53,086 nucleotides of DNA, taken from the IMG/VR virus record IMGVR_UViG_3300026953_000016, positions 1 through 53,086 of that record; one strand, written 5' to 3'. The notes beneath the pieces were generated by a model, which worked only from the letters and a program-made list of their open reading frames with translations, had not been told where the DNA came from and made no database searches. Within the stretch, counting starts at the first letter, position 1; every line of letters begins with the position of its first letter. The position numbers and the translations under genes are program-made. Origin of the DNA: a virus. Taxonomy: Duplodnaviria > Caudoviricetes. Of this stretch, positions 43,853 through 53,086 are shown one piece after another.

Positions 43853-46777
43853 ATGCCGCCCATCCTTGCCGCAATTCCCGCCATCATGGAGGTGGCGGCT
43901 GATGTCGTCTATGCCGGCGCCACTGCGATCGGGATCGGATCATCGACAGCGCTGGCCTTATCTGAGGGCATCGTTTATGGCGCGGTCGGTATGGGTCTTT
44001 CGGCGTTGTCCGCAGGTCTGCGGGGAACCGCGGCCGGCATCCAAACGCGCATGGCCACAAATCCGGTCGAAGCGCGGCGACTTCTGCTTGGCAAGGTGTG
44101 GACGGCCGGATCGTCGATGGGGCAGCCCATCACCTATGATGCTTCCAACAAGAAGTGCTTCATGCTCATCGCTATCGCCGATCATCCGTGCGATGCGATC
44201 GAACAAGTCTATGTCGATGGTTATCCCGCTCAGCTCGGTTCCTACGAGAACGGCAAGGGATATCAGATCAAATATACGGTCGATCCCATTACAGGCCATA
44301 AGGTCAAGAATTTCGAGGTAGGACAACCCAAGTTCTACATCGAATTCCATATGGGCGGCGACGGTCAGGCGGCCGATAGCTGGATGGTGTCCGATCTTGG
44401 GCCCTTGGGGAGATGGGACGCCGCCGCGGTATGTCAGAATGTCTGCTATGCCCGCATCTACTGCTATTACGACAGTGATATCTTCTCGGGATTTCCGACC
44501 TTCAACTTCGTTGTCCGTGGCATTCCTCTTTATGACCCCACTAAAGATTCGTCAGTAGGTGGTTCTGGCGCACATCGTTGGGGTAATCCGTCGACCTATG
44601 AATGGAGCGGGAACTTCGCCGTGATGGCCTACAATCTGTCTCGGGGCATCTATGTCGGCGGCAATGAGTTTTACGGTGCGTTTTATAGCGGTGATGATGT
44701 CCCCCTCGATTTTGCCATGGCCGCGATACAAGACTGCGATGAAGCCGTATCGCTGAAATCAGGCAGCACAGAGCCGCGCTATCATGGCGGCTTTGAAATT
44801 GAGGTGACACGCCCTGTTCGCGATGCTCTCAAGACCTGCCAAGAGGGCATGGCGGGCCGGATCTGCACCGACCAAGGCCAGCTTTTGATCTATGCCGGCG
44901 TCGCACAAACACCGATATTCACGTTCACAGACGATGACATGATCATCGGAGGGATGCAGTCATACGATCCCTTTGCGGCGCTCAATGAAACCAAGAACAT
45001 CATTACGGGTAAGTTCACGGATGCTTCCCAGATGTTCGCTACCGTCGACGCACCACCGCGGCGATCCGCGGACGACATAACCGCAGATGCATCTATTCCG
45101 CTTGTCGACGCCTTGAATCGTCCGCAAATTCAGTCCGGCCCAACCATGCAGCGTGTCATGGAGATCGAGCGCAAGAGGGGGCGTTCTCCCGGTGTTGCCG
45201 TCCGGACATTCGGGCTTTCGGCGTTGAATGCCCGGGTTGGCCAATGGGTGGCCGGACAGTCTGCGCGCTGGCAGGGTACAAAATGGTTTGAGATTTTGCG
45301 TTCGGAGCCTGTCATTGAGGATGGGCGGCCACCGTCCGTGGTCATGACGCTTCGTGAAGCGAACGCCACACTTGAGGCGTGGGTGCCGGCTAATGATGAG
45401 CTGTCTGGTTATACGGTCTGGCTCCCATCTGGTGATCCGCCTGATCCACTGAAAGCGACGGGCATAACAGCCGCGCCATTGTCTGATCAGGGCGACGATG
45501 GATCGTCTAGCCCTGGGTTTTCGGTTACCTATAGCGGCGGTGATGATCCAACGGCTTCCTATGTGGTGCTGCGGTGGCGGCTGCCTGGAAGCAATGTCAT
45601 CCATTATGTGACCTCCAGTGATTTGAGCAGCGGCACGATCGCTGTAAGGGGGCTCGCAGGCGATACGACCTACGAATATTCCATTCTGATTTCCGGAATT
45701 TTGGGGCGCGATGCGGCGTGGTCTGATTGGTATACGGTCACCACACCGGCGGCGGTGCTGCCAAATGGATCTGTGACGGTGGCATCCCTCGCTGGGGATG
45801 TTAGCACTGCGATCTCGACGGCAAGCCAGAATGTGCAGGCGCTTACGGCGGCGCTTACCGCAGCGGTGCAGCAATTGGTTGCGGCGGACGCCGGGAACGC
45901 GGCCGATATTCAGCAGGTATCGACGGCGCTGACATCGCAGACGGGTAGTCTGCAAGCCGATTATCTTGCACGCTTCGGTACGGTCACTACTACGCTGGCA
46001 GCCTACGCCTATGCGGTGCAGGCGGTACAGGCGATGTTCGGAAACGATTATTCTGCCGCTCTGTTGCGCATGGAGGTGCAGACACCGCCCGCGGGATATC
46101 TTGCGAAGATATCCCTATCGGCTTCGGCCAGCGTTGCTGGCGCCACCGGCCTTGGCGGTATCGTTATTCTGCTGAAGGATGTTGGCGGGACCATCCAATC
46201 CACCATTGCTCTGATTGCGGATCAAACAGAGTTCCTGCTTCCAGACGGAACGCTGGTTGGGCTGATAACGGCAGGTGGGTGGATTGTAGGGGATCGTATT
46301 CAAAAGGGCTCTATCTCGACTGGGAGAGTGTATTCTCTCGGCGATGGCATCACGACGAAGGGTGCGGAAGATTCGACTTCTGCACCTCCGGATGGGACAG
46401 AGGTTGCCATTGGGTCCGGGGCCAGCGTCCCATATTATGATAACGACGTGTTTTTGGCGACCGGCATCGCCGGGTACGAGACTGATCCCACTGCAAGCCT
46501 GGTGGAAGTTGAGGCGCGCTTTGTCTTCCGCGTTCAGACTGGTGCTGGAACAGCCACAAAGGCCGGTATCGAATACTACACTTCCGGATCGTGGGTGTTC
46601 CTCCCAGATTCTGATGATGTGGTCTACACGAGCAATACGAACTCGCTGGCTTCGTTGATGCCAAAGGCGCCGCTTCCGGCAGGGACGCAGTATTGGCGAC
46701 CGCGCATCTACAACACGACGGGAAACACGATTTGGATGCGCAGAATGCGGGCGTATGAGACGAAGCTGGTGAAATAA
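43853..46777 (+). CDS. Central tail tip / host-specificity protein (gpJ-like, FN3 domain)
   Basis: 974 aa; VRGIPLYDP...WGNPSTYEWSGN; FN3-like GLAGDTTYEY...WSDW; coiled coil. Confidence 0.85.
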   Translation: MPPILAAIPAIMEVAADVVYAGATAIGIGSSTALALSEGIVYGAVGMGLSALSAGLRGTAAGIQTRMATNPVEARRLLLGKVWTAGSSMGQPITYDASNKKCFMLIAIADHPCDAIEQVYVDGYPAQLGSYENGKGYQIKYTVDPITGHKVKNFEVGQPKFYIEFHMGGDGQAADSWMVSDLGPLGRWDAAAVCQNVCYARIYCYYDSDIFSGFPTFNFVVRGIPLYDPTKDSSVGGSGAHRWGNPSTYEWSGNFAVMAYNLSRGIYVGGNEFYGAFYSGDDVPLDFAMAAIQDCDEAVSLKSGSTEPRYHGGFEIEVTRPVRDALKTCQEGMAGRICTDQGQLLIYAGVAQTPIFTFTDDDMIIGGMQSYDPFAALNETKNIITGKFTDASQMFATVDAPPRRSADDITADASIPLVDALNRPQIQSGPTMQRVMEIERKRGRSPGVAVRTFGLSALNARVGQWVAGQSARWQGTKWFEILRSEPVIEDGRPPSVVMTLREANATLEAWVPANDELSGYTVWLPSGDPPDPLKATGITAAPLSDQGDDGSSSPGFSVTYSGGDDPTASYVVLRWRLPGSNVIHYVTSSDLSSGTIAVRGLAGDTTYEYSILISGILGRDAAWSDWYTVTTPAAVLPNGSVTVASLAGDVSTAISTASQNVQALTAALTAAVQQLVAADAGNAADIQQVSTALTSQTGSLQADYLARFGTVTTTLAAYAYAVQAVQAMFGNDYSAALLRMEVQTPPAGYLAKISLSASASVAGATGLGGIVILLKDVGGTIQSTIALIADQTEFLLPDGTLVGLITAGGWIVGDRIQKGSISTGRVYSLGDGITTKGAEDSTSAPPDGTEVAIGSGASVPYYDNDVFLATGIAGYETDPTASLVEVEARFVFRVQTGAGTATKAGIEYYTSGSWVFLPDSDDVVYTSNTNSLASLMPKAPLPAGTQYWRPRIYNTTGNTIWMRRMRAYETKLVK

Positions 46778-46779
46778 GA

Positions 46780-48948
46780 ATGACCGGATTTGTAATTCCC
46801 AGCGGTTCCACGATTTCGGTTTCGTCGGGCTCCAAAGATATCATCGTGGCAGGTGCGGACTGGAACCTGCTTGGTATCACGGCCAATGCCACGCTGCGCT
46901 TGCTTGGCCGCAACGTGACGATTGCATCGGTGCCGTCGAGCGGAAACCCTCAGCTGGCACAGAACTGGCCTGACGGCAACGTTTCGGGCGCTGCTTACGA
47001 GGTCTATCCCGACCTGGACGCCTATACATTCTCAGTTGATTCAAAGCAGTTCCAGGCCTTCGCGCGGGCGATGCTCACCTCTGGCCGGTACGCCGATTCC
47101 ACCGGTATGGTTCTCAGTCCGGATTGCTTTACTGGCATCTATGCGCTCGCGACCGGCGCTGTGACCCCTCCAACATTACCGATGCAATATGATGCCTATA
47201 TTCTCGGCGCATCGCCGACCGGGGTGTGGACAGGGAAGGGCGGCCAGATCGCAGTCTTCTGGACCGGGGCGTGGCGTTTCTTCACGCCCACAAATGGCTT
47301 GATCGTCACAGTCGATAATCCGCGGGCGATGATTGTCTATTCCAATGGTGTGTGGACATCGATCGGCGGCGGCGTGGCGGTGTCTCCGGAAATGTTCGGC
47401 AATCCGCAGACCGCCGCGGCCACCCAGGCGGCGGTTGATTTCTGCAAAGCCAAAGGCGGCGGCGTTGTAGAATTCAATCCAGCTACCTCTTATCGGTGGG
47501 ACAGCGGCATTACGGTCGATGCTGGATATGTGGCCATCCGAGGCAATGGTTCGGTGATCGATTGCTCGCATATGACATCGGGCTATGCGCTGACCGTCAC
47601 GTCGAGCCTGAACCTGGCAAGCGATGGATTGCGCCAGGACGCTCACTACATCGAAGGGCTGGTGCTGAGCGGCCCTGGTTCATCTTCAACAGTTTATGGC
47701 ATCGCTTTTGTGGGGAGTAATACAGCGAGCCCAAATAACAGTCCTACCGGCATCGCGATGCGGTCCATTCACGTTCGTTACTTTGGACGTGGTGCTGAGT
47801 GGAAAACCAACGCCTATATCATGAGTTGGTTCGGTGGTGGGATTTTTTCCTGCAATTATGGGATCTGTTGCTTTAGCGGTGCCAGCAATGTCGGTGAAAA
47901 TCTCAATCTTCACGGCGTTCGAATTACAGGGTGCCTCGAGGCGATCTATACCGAAGTCGATACCTGTTATTTTAACCTGACGAACTGTTCCATAGACTAC
48001 AATAAGCGCTTCGCGAACGCGCAAAAGGGCGGCATCACGATGATCGCCTGCCATTTGGAGTGTGCGCCATCGAACATGTTAAATAGCGACGGCAGCTATC
48101 AGCGGCCGCTGGTCGTGGGTTCCGCGCAATCTGCCTATATGCAGATCATCGGGGGAAATCTTCATTGCAACAATGGGCCTCCTTCGGGCCTTGATTACGT
48201 CCTGGAGAACGACGGTCTTTCGAACGGTTCCGGCGGGTTCGACATGGATGGAACCCAGGTCACGTTCTGGAGGACCTCGACGGCTTATTTCGCAACTGGG
48301 GTCGGTCGGACGAACATTCGCAATGTGAAGACGTGGGGCGGGTATTTCAACACCAACAGCGTCTATCTCTCGGCACAATCCTGCAGCCTGCTTTATGACG
48401 GGGGCTTTGAAGCAACTAGCGTTCTTGAGGCCTACATTTCTGGCGTGACCGATGCCTCTGGAAATCAGACGGCGGTCACCTCTCGCACCACCATGACCTA
48501 TGCGAGCTTATCGACTTCGACGGATCGAGCGCACAGCGGGAGCCGGTCACTCAAGTGCTATCATCCTGGGGCTGGCCGGGTAACGAATTATCAGATTGCA
48601 GTCCCGCTTAAGGACAAAACCGGCATATACGGCATTGAGTGGTGGATGCTGAATCCCAACGGCCTTACAGGAACAATCTATGTGACGGTGTATTGGGGCA
48701 AGAGGCAGGGTTCTCTTCCAGTCGACAGCGGAACGCAGGCGATCCCAGTTTATTCGAAGTTGGTCGTGGCCTCGCAGCAGGGATTTGCCTGGAGCGGGGC
48801 TTTTACGACCTGGGCGCATTATTCCTTCGGAAACGCGCTGACCTATGTGCCGCCATGGGCCGACACCATGGTCATCGAGTTCGCCAGCTTCGGCCTTTCC
48901 GGGACGAACTACTATTACGTGGACGATGTTGTCGCGACGGTGATGTAG
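46780..48948 (+). CDS. Tail fibre / tailspike with beta-helix (putative polysaccharide depolymerase)
   Basis: Attachment-type N-terminus; DUF2793-like YILGASPTGVWTG...WRFFTP; VSPEMFG then beta-helix-like repeats; CBM-like C-terminus (DGGFE...AHSGSRSL...YVDDV). Confidence 0.75.
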   Translation: MTGFVIPSGSTISVSSGSKDIIVAGADWNLLGITANATLRLLGRNVTIASVPSSGNPQLAQNWPDGNVSGAAYEVYPDLDAYTFSVDSKQFQAFARAMLTSGRYADSTGMVLSPDCFTGIYALATGAVTPPTLPMQYDAYILGASPTGVWTGKGGQIAVFWTGAWRFFTPTNGLIVTVDNPRAMIVYSNGVWTSIGGGVAVSPEMFGNPQTAAATQAAVDFCKAKGGGVVEFNPATSYRWDSGITVDAGYVAIRGNGSVIDCSHMTSGYALTVTSSLNLASDGLRQDAHYIEGLVLSGPGSSSTVYGIAFVGSNTASPNNSPTGIAMRSIHVRYFGRGAEWKTNAYIMSWFGGGIFSCNYGICCFSGASNVGENLNLHGVRITGCLEAIYTEVDTCYFNLTNCSIDYNKRFANAQKGGITMIACHLECAPSNMLNSDGSYQRPLVVGSAQSAYMQIIGGNLHCNNGPPSGLDYVLENDGLSNGSGGFDMDGTQVTFWRTSTAYFATGVGRTNIRNVKTWGGYFNTNSVYLSAQSCSLLYDGGFEATSVLEAYISGVTDASGNQTAVTSRTTMTYASLSTSTDRAHSGSRSLKCYHPGAGRVTNYQIAVPLKDKTGIYGIEWWMLNPNGLTGTIYVTVYWGKRQGSLPVDSGTQAIPVYSKLVVASQQGFAWSGAFTTWAHYSFGNALTYVPPWADTMVIEFASFGLSGTNYYYVDDVVATVM

Positions 48949-48977
48949 AGCCCGTCCAAATCAAAACAGGTGATTGT

Positions 48978-49586
48978 ATGTCCCAGCCATCTATCGCGTG
49001 GCCGTTCATCTATGCCCAAGAGGGTGGGTTGCGCACGCATGCTTACGTTCCGCCGGATACCGCGCAAAATAGTGGCGTTACGCTTGCTGCAGGAATCGAT
49101 CTGGGACAGGTCAAGCCTGGTGATGCAATGCTGTCCGCTTTGCCGGCCGATCTTCTCGCAAGAATATCGCCATACATCGGAAAGCGTGGACGCTCTGCCG
49201 TCCTGTTACTGCAAGCCAAGCCTTTGGTGCTCAGCAATGCTGAGGCAGACTTTCTGATGGCAGAGAAAAAAGCGCAGTTCGTAGCGTCCGTCTCGGAGCA
49301 CTTCGATGCCGGGGCGCGGCAAACGTATTCGGCTGTTCCGGAAGGTCCCGCTACCGCGCTTATGTCTGTGGCGTGGCAATACGGTGATCCATGGCGCGAT
49401 CCCAAGTGCGGGGATTTGTGGAAAATCGCTCAAGCTTGCGATTGGAAGCAGTTGGCTGCCTACCTGATCGATACTCCATCTTCGGGCCGCCCATATTTTC
49501 CGGATCGGCGCTTTGCGAGCCGCCGTGCACGCGAAGGGCAGTTTATTCTGCAAACCCTTGGCGCCGGCATGAATGGGAGAGCGTGA
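48978..49586 (+). CDS. Endolysin, pesticin/T4-lysozyme-like muramidase
   Basis: QEGG...AYVP...SGVTLAAGIDLGQ...SVAWQYG...RRARE. Confidence 0.8.
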   Translation: MSQPSIAWPFIYAQEGGLRTHAYVPPDTAQNSGVTLAAGIDLGQVKPGDAMLSALPADLLARISPYIGKRGRSAVLLLQAKPLVLSNAEADFLMAEKKAQFVASVSEHFDAGARQTYSAVPEGPATALMSVAWQYGDPWRDPKCGDLWKIAQACDWKQLAAYLIDTPSSGRPYFPDRRFASRRAREGQFILQTLGAGMNGRA

Positions 49587-49861
49587 TGTCCATTGAGGAA
49601 TTTGTCAGTAAGGCCTTGGAGCGGGCGCCGCGTGCGATCCCGCTGTTTCTGGTCCTCACGCTGGTTGGTGGGTTTCTTGGTCTGATGTTCGTTCTTCTGT
49701 TTCACCCAATTCCGGCCGGAAACGACAAAGCCATCTGGTTTATCGCCGGGCAGCTATCAACGAATGTGGTCGCTTTCGTGCAGTATTATTTCGGCTCATC
49801 AGCGCAATCGAAGGCCAAGGATGAGGCGCTGCGCGAGATTGCAGGGCAGGTGAAGTCATGA
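49586..49861 (+). CDS. Holin-like two-TM protein
   Basis: Two hydrophobic segments and YYFGSS motif; inside the lysis cassette. Confidence 0.7.
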   Translation: MSIEEFVSKALERAPRAIPLFLVLTLVGGFLGLMFVLLFHPIPAGNDKAIWFIAGQLSTNVVAFVQYYFGSSAQSKAKDEALREIAGQVKS

Positions 49862-50514
49862 TCGAACTCCTGGAGCTGGCATTTTCGGTAGTAGCGCCCG
49901 GACTATCCTCAGCTTGGTCGATCGCGCTTACTGTGTTCTCTGCAGTTTGGAATTTCGTCAAGCGCCCACCAGGTTCGTACATTGCTTTGGTGTTGCTTAT
50001 CCTGCTCGCCTGGCGGTGGTCTGGTGAGAGGGGGTACGACAGCGGCGTGGCGGATACCAAGGCTGGTGATGCCCGCATGTGGGTACAGCGTGTCGATGCG
50101 GCAAAAGCAGCCGGGCGCGAGGACGGAGAATTGCGGGCCGCCAATACCCGGCGTGCCGATCTTGAGTACGCCTTCGAGCAGGGACGAACGGCCGGCGCGG
50201 CCCAGTCTCTGCAATCTCTCATCAACCAGAAGGGGGCTATATATGTTCCGAAAATCGTCACTGCTGATTGTGTTCCTTATGGCCTTATCAAGTTGCTCGA
50301 CGCCGCAGGACTCGGCATTGCCGACCCTCAGTCCCTTCCCGGAGCCGCCGGAGAGCCTGACGAAGCCTGTTCCACTCTATCGCTGCATGATGCCGTCTCA
50401 TTGCTCAAAGACGCCCTTGTCGAGCGTAAAGACTTCGCCGACCGGCTGAACAATGCGTCTGGATGGGCAAACGACCAGCGCACGCAGAATGGCAAGGTGA
50501 AGCTCGCGGAGTGA
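49858..50514 (+). CDS. Inner-membrane spanin (Rz-like)
   Basis: N-terminal TM segments and helical periplasmic part; contains an embedded lipoprotein gene. Confidence 0.7.
   Translation: MIELLELAFSVVAPGLSSAWSIALTVFSAVWNFVKRPPGSYIALVLLILLAWRWSGERGYDSGVADTKAGDARMWVQRVDAAKAAGREDGELRAANTRRADLEYAFEQGRTAGAAQSLQSLINQKGAIYVPKIVTADCVPYGLIKLLDAAGLGIADPQSLPGAAGEPDEACSTLSLHDAVSLLKDALVERKDFADRLNNASGWANDQRTQNGKVKLAE
50243..50449 (+). CDS. Outer-membrane spanin lipoprotein (Rz1-like), embedded in the +1 frame of the Rz-like gene
   Basis: AAGGGGG RBS; MFRKSSLLIVFLMALSS|C lipobox; Pro-rich mature part. Confidence 0.72.
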   Translation: MFRKSSLLIVFLMALSSCSTPQDSALPTLSPFPEPPESLTKPVPLYRCMMPSHCSKTPLSSVKTSPTG

Positions 50515-50559
50515 GGTCTTTGCATGATTTCACAGCTCAAGGTGATCGCAGGAGTGGCA

Positions 50560-50859
50560 ATGGCTGATCAACAAGAAGATGAGAACAAGTGGATCAACCT
50601 TTACCGCAGCTTGGTTGTGCTGCTGTTTACGGGGATGCTTGGGATTGGTGCATGGGAAGCAGAGCGCGTTGTATCGCGCCTAGATGGTATTGAGAGGGCG
50701 CAGCGGGATATGGCGCTATCTTTTGTCTCCACCACAGCGGATGTGGCAAGCATCAAAGAAGCGGATAGGAAACGCGATGATAAGATCGGCGATTTGGAGA
50801 CAGGGCAGAACCAGCTCGATCATCGCGTGACAATTCTCGAAGCTGGCCGGAAGCGGTAA
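50560..50859 (+). CDS. Single-TM coiled-coil protein (lysis-associated)
   Basis: AGGAG RBS; one TM segment followed by heptads. Confidence 0.6.
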   Translation: MADQQEDENKWINLYRSLVVLLFTGMLGIGAWEAERVVSRLDGIERAQRDMALSFVSTTADVASIKEADRKRDDKIGDLETGQNQLDHRVTILEAGRKR

Positions 50860-50945
50860 CGCACGCCGTCCGACTTGCGGACTTGGCGGTCGATTGAGAT
50901 CGCACATCACAAATCTTTGCAACGATGAAGAAGAAGGAGTGGACT

Positions 50946-51623
50946 ATGTCTGCATCCAACAAATGTCCCGTGTGCGAAAAGACGTTCCATTGGGGCGCCG
51001 ATGCGGACAGTGCTGTGGTTGATGCTCAAGGGGAGCGTTGGGTGAGCTGTCGTGAAAACGCTTTTTGGAAGTTAAATTTTCACGTCAAGCAGTTGCATCC
51101 GGAGATTTTGTCTGAGTGTCCACGCCGCGCTGAATCGTTCGGAATGCACGATGCTTTGTCGGATTTCTACTTCGAGCGGGATGGGCGTCGGGTCTGCAGC
51201 TATTGCGGTTCAATGCATCCAGACGATTTTATCAAGGCGGTGGAGTCTGGTTGCAAATTGGGTCCGACCGATAAGAACTATAAGGTGTATGTCGATCTTC
51301 CGCATCCGCACCCAGAGAAATTGCGCGTGGTGTCGAGCCAGAACTTTGAGCCACCGGATGCAACTGGTTACATAAAGATCGACAATGCCGAGCTGGCGAG
51401 GAAGTACGGGCGGTCTACATGGGCTGCAGGGCATGTGGAATGGATCAAGTTGGGTCCCAATGGCCCCGTTGCCCACGGAAAATTCTATTTTCAGCATCTG
51501 AACGATTATCAGCGCAGCAGATTTGTTGAGCTGATTAATTCAGATAAGGTAGTTGTCGGATTTCCTGGTCATTTCTACGTATTGCCGTACTTCTGCCGGC
51601 GCGCCGGTGTGGCGGCAGGATGA
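50946..51623 (+). CDS. Hypothetical Cys/His-containing phage protein
   Basis: AAGGAG RBS; CPVC, CSYCGSMHP, TDKNYKVY, KFYFQHL. Confidence 0.65.
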   Translation: MSASNKCPVCEKTFHWGADADSAVVDAQGERWVSCRENAFWKLNFHVKQLHPEILSECPRRAESFGMHDALSDFYFERDGRRVCSYCGSMHPDDFIKAVESGCKLGPTDKNYKVYVDLPHPHPEKLRVVSSQNFEPPDATGYIKIDNAELARKYGRSTWAAGHVEWIKLGPNGPVAHGKFYFQHLNDYQRSRFVELINSDKVVVGFPGHFYVLPYFCRRAGVAAG

Positions 51624-51895
51624 AGTTAAAGCCGACATTGCCAGCGAGCGGGAGGAAGGTCTCTGAGCGCTCAACCGCGATCGATGAGGCTCTGCTTGCT
51701 GGTGGAAAGGTTCCGGATGTAGCACAGGAATTTGGCATGTCCCGTTCCTACATCTACCAGCGTCGTTGCGTGCTGGTGCAAAGCGGGATGTTCTTTTCTG
51801 GTCCGAAAGAGCGAAAGTCTGATTTGCACAAGGAAGGTGCAGAAAAGCCATTTATCACAAAAATACCATTGAAGCGATTGATGGCTAGCCGCTGA
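51620..51895 (+). CDS. Small HTH protein
   Basis: LLAGGKVPDVAQEFGMSRSYIYQ. Confidence 0.6.
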   Translation: MKLKPTLPASGRKVSERSTAIDEALLAGGKVPDVAQEFGMSRSYIYQRRCVLVQSGMFFSGPKERKSDLHKEGAEKPFITKIPLKRLMASR

Positions 51896-51917
51896 TACCG
51901 CTTTTCCCGCATGATGC

Positions 51918-51955
51918 GCCTCGCTGGCTCCGGCCGGCGGGGCTTTTTTGTTTTT
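51918..51955 (+). terminator. Rho-independent terminator ending the late operon
   Basis: GCCTCGCTGGC-TCCG-GCCGGCGGGGC followed by TTTTTTGTTTTT. Confidence 0.8.
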
Positions 51956-51994
51956 GGAATATCCTGTAAACAAAAGGTGTGAATTGGGGGCTCT

Positions 51995-53086
51995 ATGGGA
52001 AAACGAGAGCATTTTCTGACGCTTGATTTTTTGCGCGGGATTGCAGCGCTTTGCGTCGTGGGCCACCACTGGTTTGTTAATGCCAATCCAGGTGATCCGA
52101 TCGCCTTCGGCCGCGGACCGCTCGCGGTGGACCTCTTCTTTGTTCTTTCCGGCTTTGTGATCGCCTACTCATATGAAGAGCGTCTAATTAACGGCATGTC
52201 CCCGTGGCGGTTCTGCATGCTCCGCCTGATCCGGCTTTATCCGATGATCCTGGCTGCGATTGCGATTGGCGTCTTCCGCACTATTGTGCGTGGCCATTCT
52301 AATCACGCACTGGCCGTCAGCTCGCATGACCTGATCATGGCGATCGGCGCTAACCTGGTCATGCTGCCGGCCGATTTCTCCAAATCCGTGTTGGGTGACG
52401 CGCTTTTCCCGCTCAATTTGGTCCTATGGTCGCTGTTCTTTGAGTTGGCTGCGAACTTTGTCTATGGCTTCTGTGCCAAGTTCATAACTGTGTTGGTTTT
52501 GAACGTGACGGTAGCCGCGGGCATGATCTGGCTGCTCTGGATCGTGGTCGTGCATCACGGTATCGCTGGTGGCTGGAATGTGCCGACATTCTTCGATGGG
52601 TTCCCGCGCGTCGTATTTTCCTTTTTCGTGGGAGTCGTGCTTTTCCGGCAGCGGCGGGATTTCCCAAAATTCAGGCTTCCGAAGCTTGCATCTCCATTGC
52701 TGGCGATTTGGGTCATTGCGAGCCTTGCTGGGTCTCAAAGCGCGGATGGATTTGAGGAGCTCGCCATGGTCCTTGTCGTCTTCCCAGCCATCGTCCTTTT
52801 TGGTTCGAATGATGTTCCGAGCGGGATCATGGCGAAGATTGCGGCCTTCGCCGGAGAGGTATCGTATCCGCTCTATGCCGTGCACCTTCCTCTCATGTAT
52901 TTGTTGATCGGAGCGATGCGGGCCGCGCACATCAATGCGAACCCGATATTGCTAGCGTTTCCGGTGATGGCCGTCCTTGCAGCCTGCTCCTGGGCGGTGC
53001 TGAAGCTCTATGACGAGCCGGTTCGTAAGTGGTTTTCTGCAAAGACCAGGCGACCGGTACCGCTCGCGGAACCTGCGGCGAGCTGA
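51995..53086 (+). CDS. Acyltransferase family 3 (OafA-like polysaccharide O-acyltransferase)
   Basis: LDFLRGIAALCVVGHH, AVDLFFVLSGFVI, RLIRLYP, WSLFFE, GEVSYPLYAVH, YDEPVR; multiple TM segments. Confidence 0.9.
   Translation: MGKREHFLTLDFLRGIAALCVVGHHWFVNANPGDPIAFGRGPLAVDLFFVLSGFVIAYSYEERLINGMSPWRFCMLRLIRLYPMILAAIAIGVFRTIVRGHSNHALAVSSHDLIMAIGANLVMLPADFSKSVLGDALFPLNLVLWSLFFELAANFVYGFCAKFITVLVLNVTVAAGMIWLLWIVVVHHGIAGGWNVPTFFDGFPRVVFSFFVGVVLFRQRRDFPKFRLPKLASPLLAIWVIASLAGSQSADGFEELAMVLVVFPAIVLFGSNDVPSGIMAKIAAFAGEVSYPLYAVHLPLMYLLIGAMRAAHINANPILLAFPVMAVLAACSWAVLKLYDEPVRKWFSAKTRRPVPLAEPAAS

Larger units (their letters stand above)
1..53086. mobile_element. Temperate siphovirus-like prophage (HK97-type head, long non-contractile tail), probably from an alphaproteobacterial host
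   Basis: Ordered modules: integrase, early left arm, cI/cro, replication, terminase, portal, protease, capsid, tail, lysis. att sites not visible in the window. Confidence 0.95.

Noticed and set aside
43853-48948. A third VR in the tail tip or tailspike genes
   Set aside because: No TR-like sequence, IMH or hairpin was seen at their 3' ends by eye; a BLASTN of TR against the window would confirm.
49417-49425. DnaA-box match TGTGGAAAA (reverse complement TTTTCCACA)
   Set aside because: A single copy inside the endolysin coding sequence; expected by chance in 53 kb.
1-53086. attL/attR direct repeats, tRNA genes, CRISPR arrays and IS elements
   Set aside because: The window ends exactly at two stop codons, so att sites probably lie outside it; none of the others was recognisable by eye.

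Overview
The whole window appears to be one temperate, lambdoid/HK97-like siphovirus prophage, probably from an alphaproteobacterium. It is cut at the integrase stop on the left and at an acyltransferase stop on the right, so the att sites are not visible. Left arm (minus strand, 1-10.8 kb): integrase, excisionase, and a complete diversity-generating retroelement (DGR) made of a reverse transcriptase, spacer, 125-bp template repeat (TR) and avd. The DGR has two paralogous Mtd-like target genes, each with its own variable repeat, IMH and hairpin. The two targets bracket an ASCH gene, a beta-clamp (dnaN) gene and a truncated dnaA-like gene. Centre: a cI/cro/CII switch with mirror-image promoter-operators, then two DNA methyltransferases, ParB, HNH and a DUF1376-type replication gene. 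Right arm (plus strand): HNH, cos region, terminases, HK97-type head, a four-gene insertion in the neck module (including an SGNH hydrolase), a long non-contractile tail, a beta-helix tailspike, a lysis cassette with an embedded o-spanin, and a terminal acyltransferase-3 gene. The standout is the two-target DGR: it sits in the early, repressor-controlled arm rather than the tail module, its targets appear to lack the Mtd N-terminal domain, and they enclose a phage-borne dnaA-dnaN pair. All family assignments come from motif recognition and manual alignment, not database searches.
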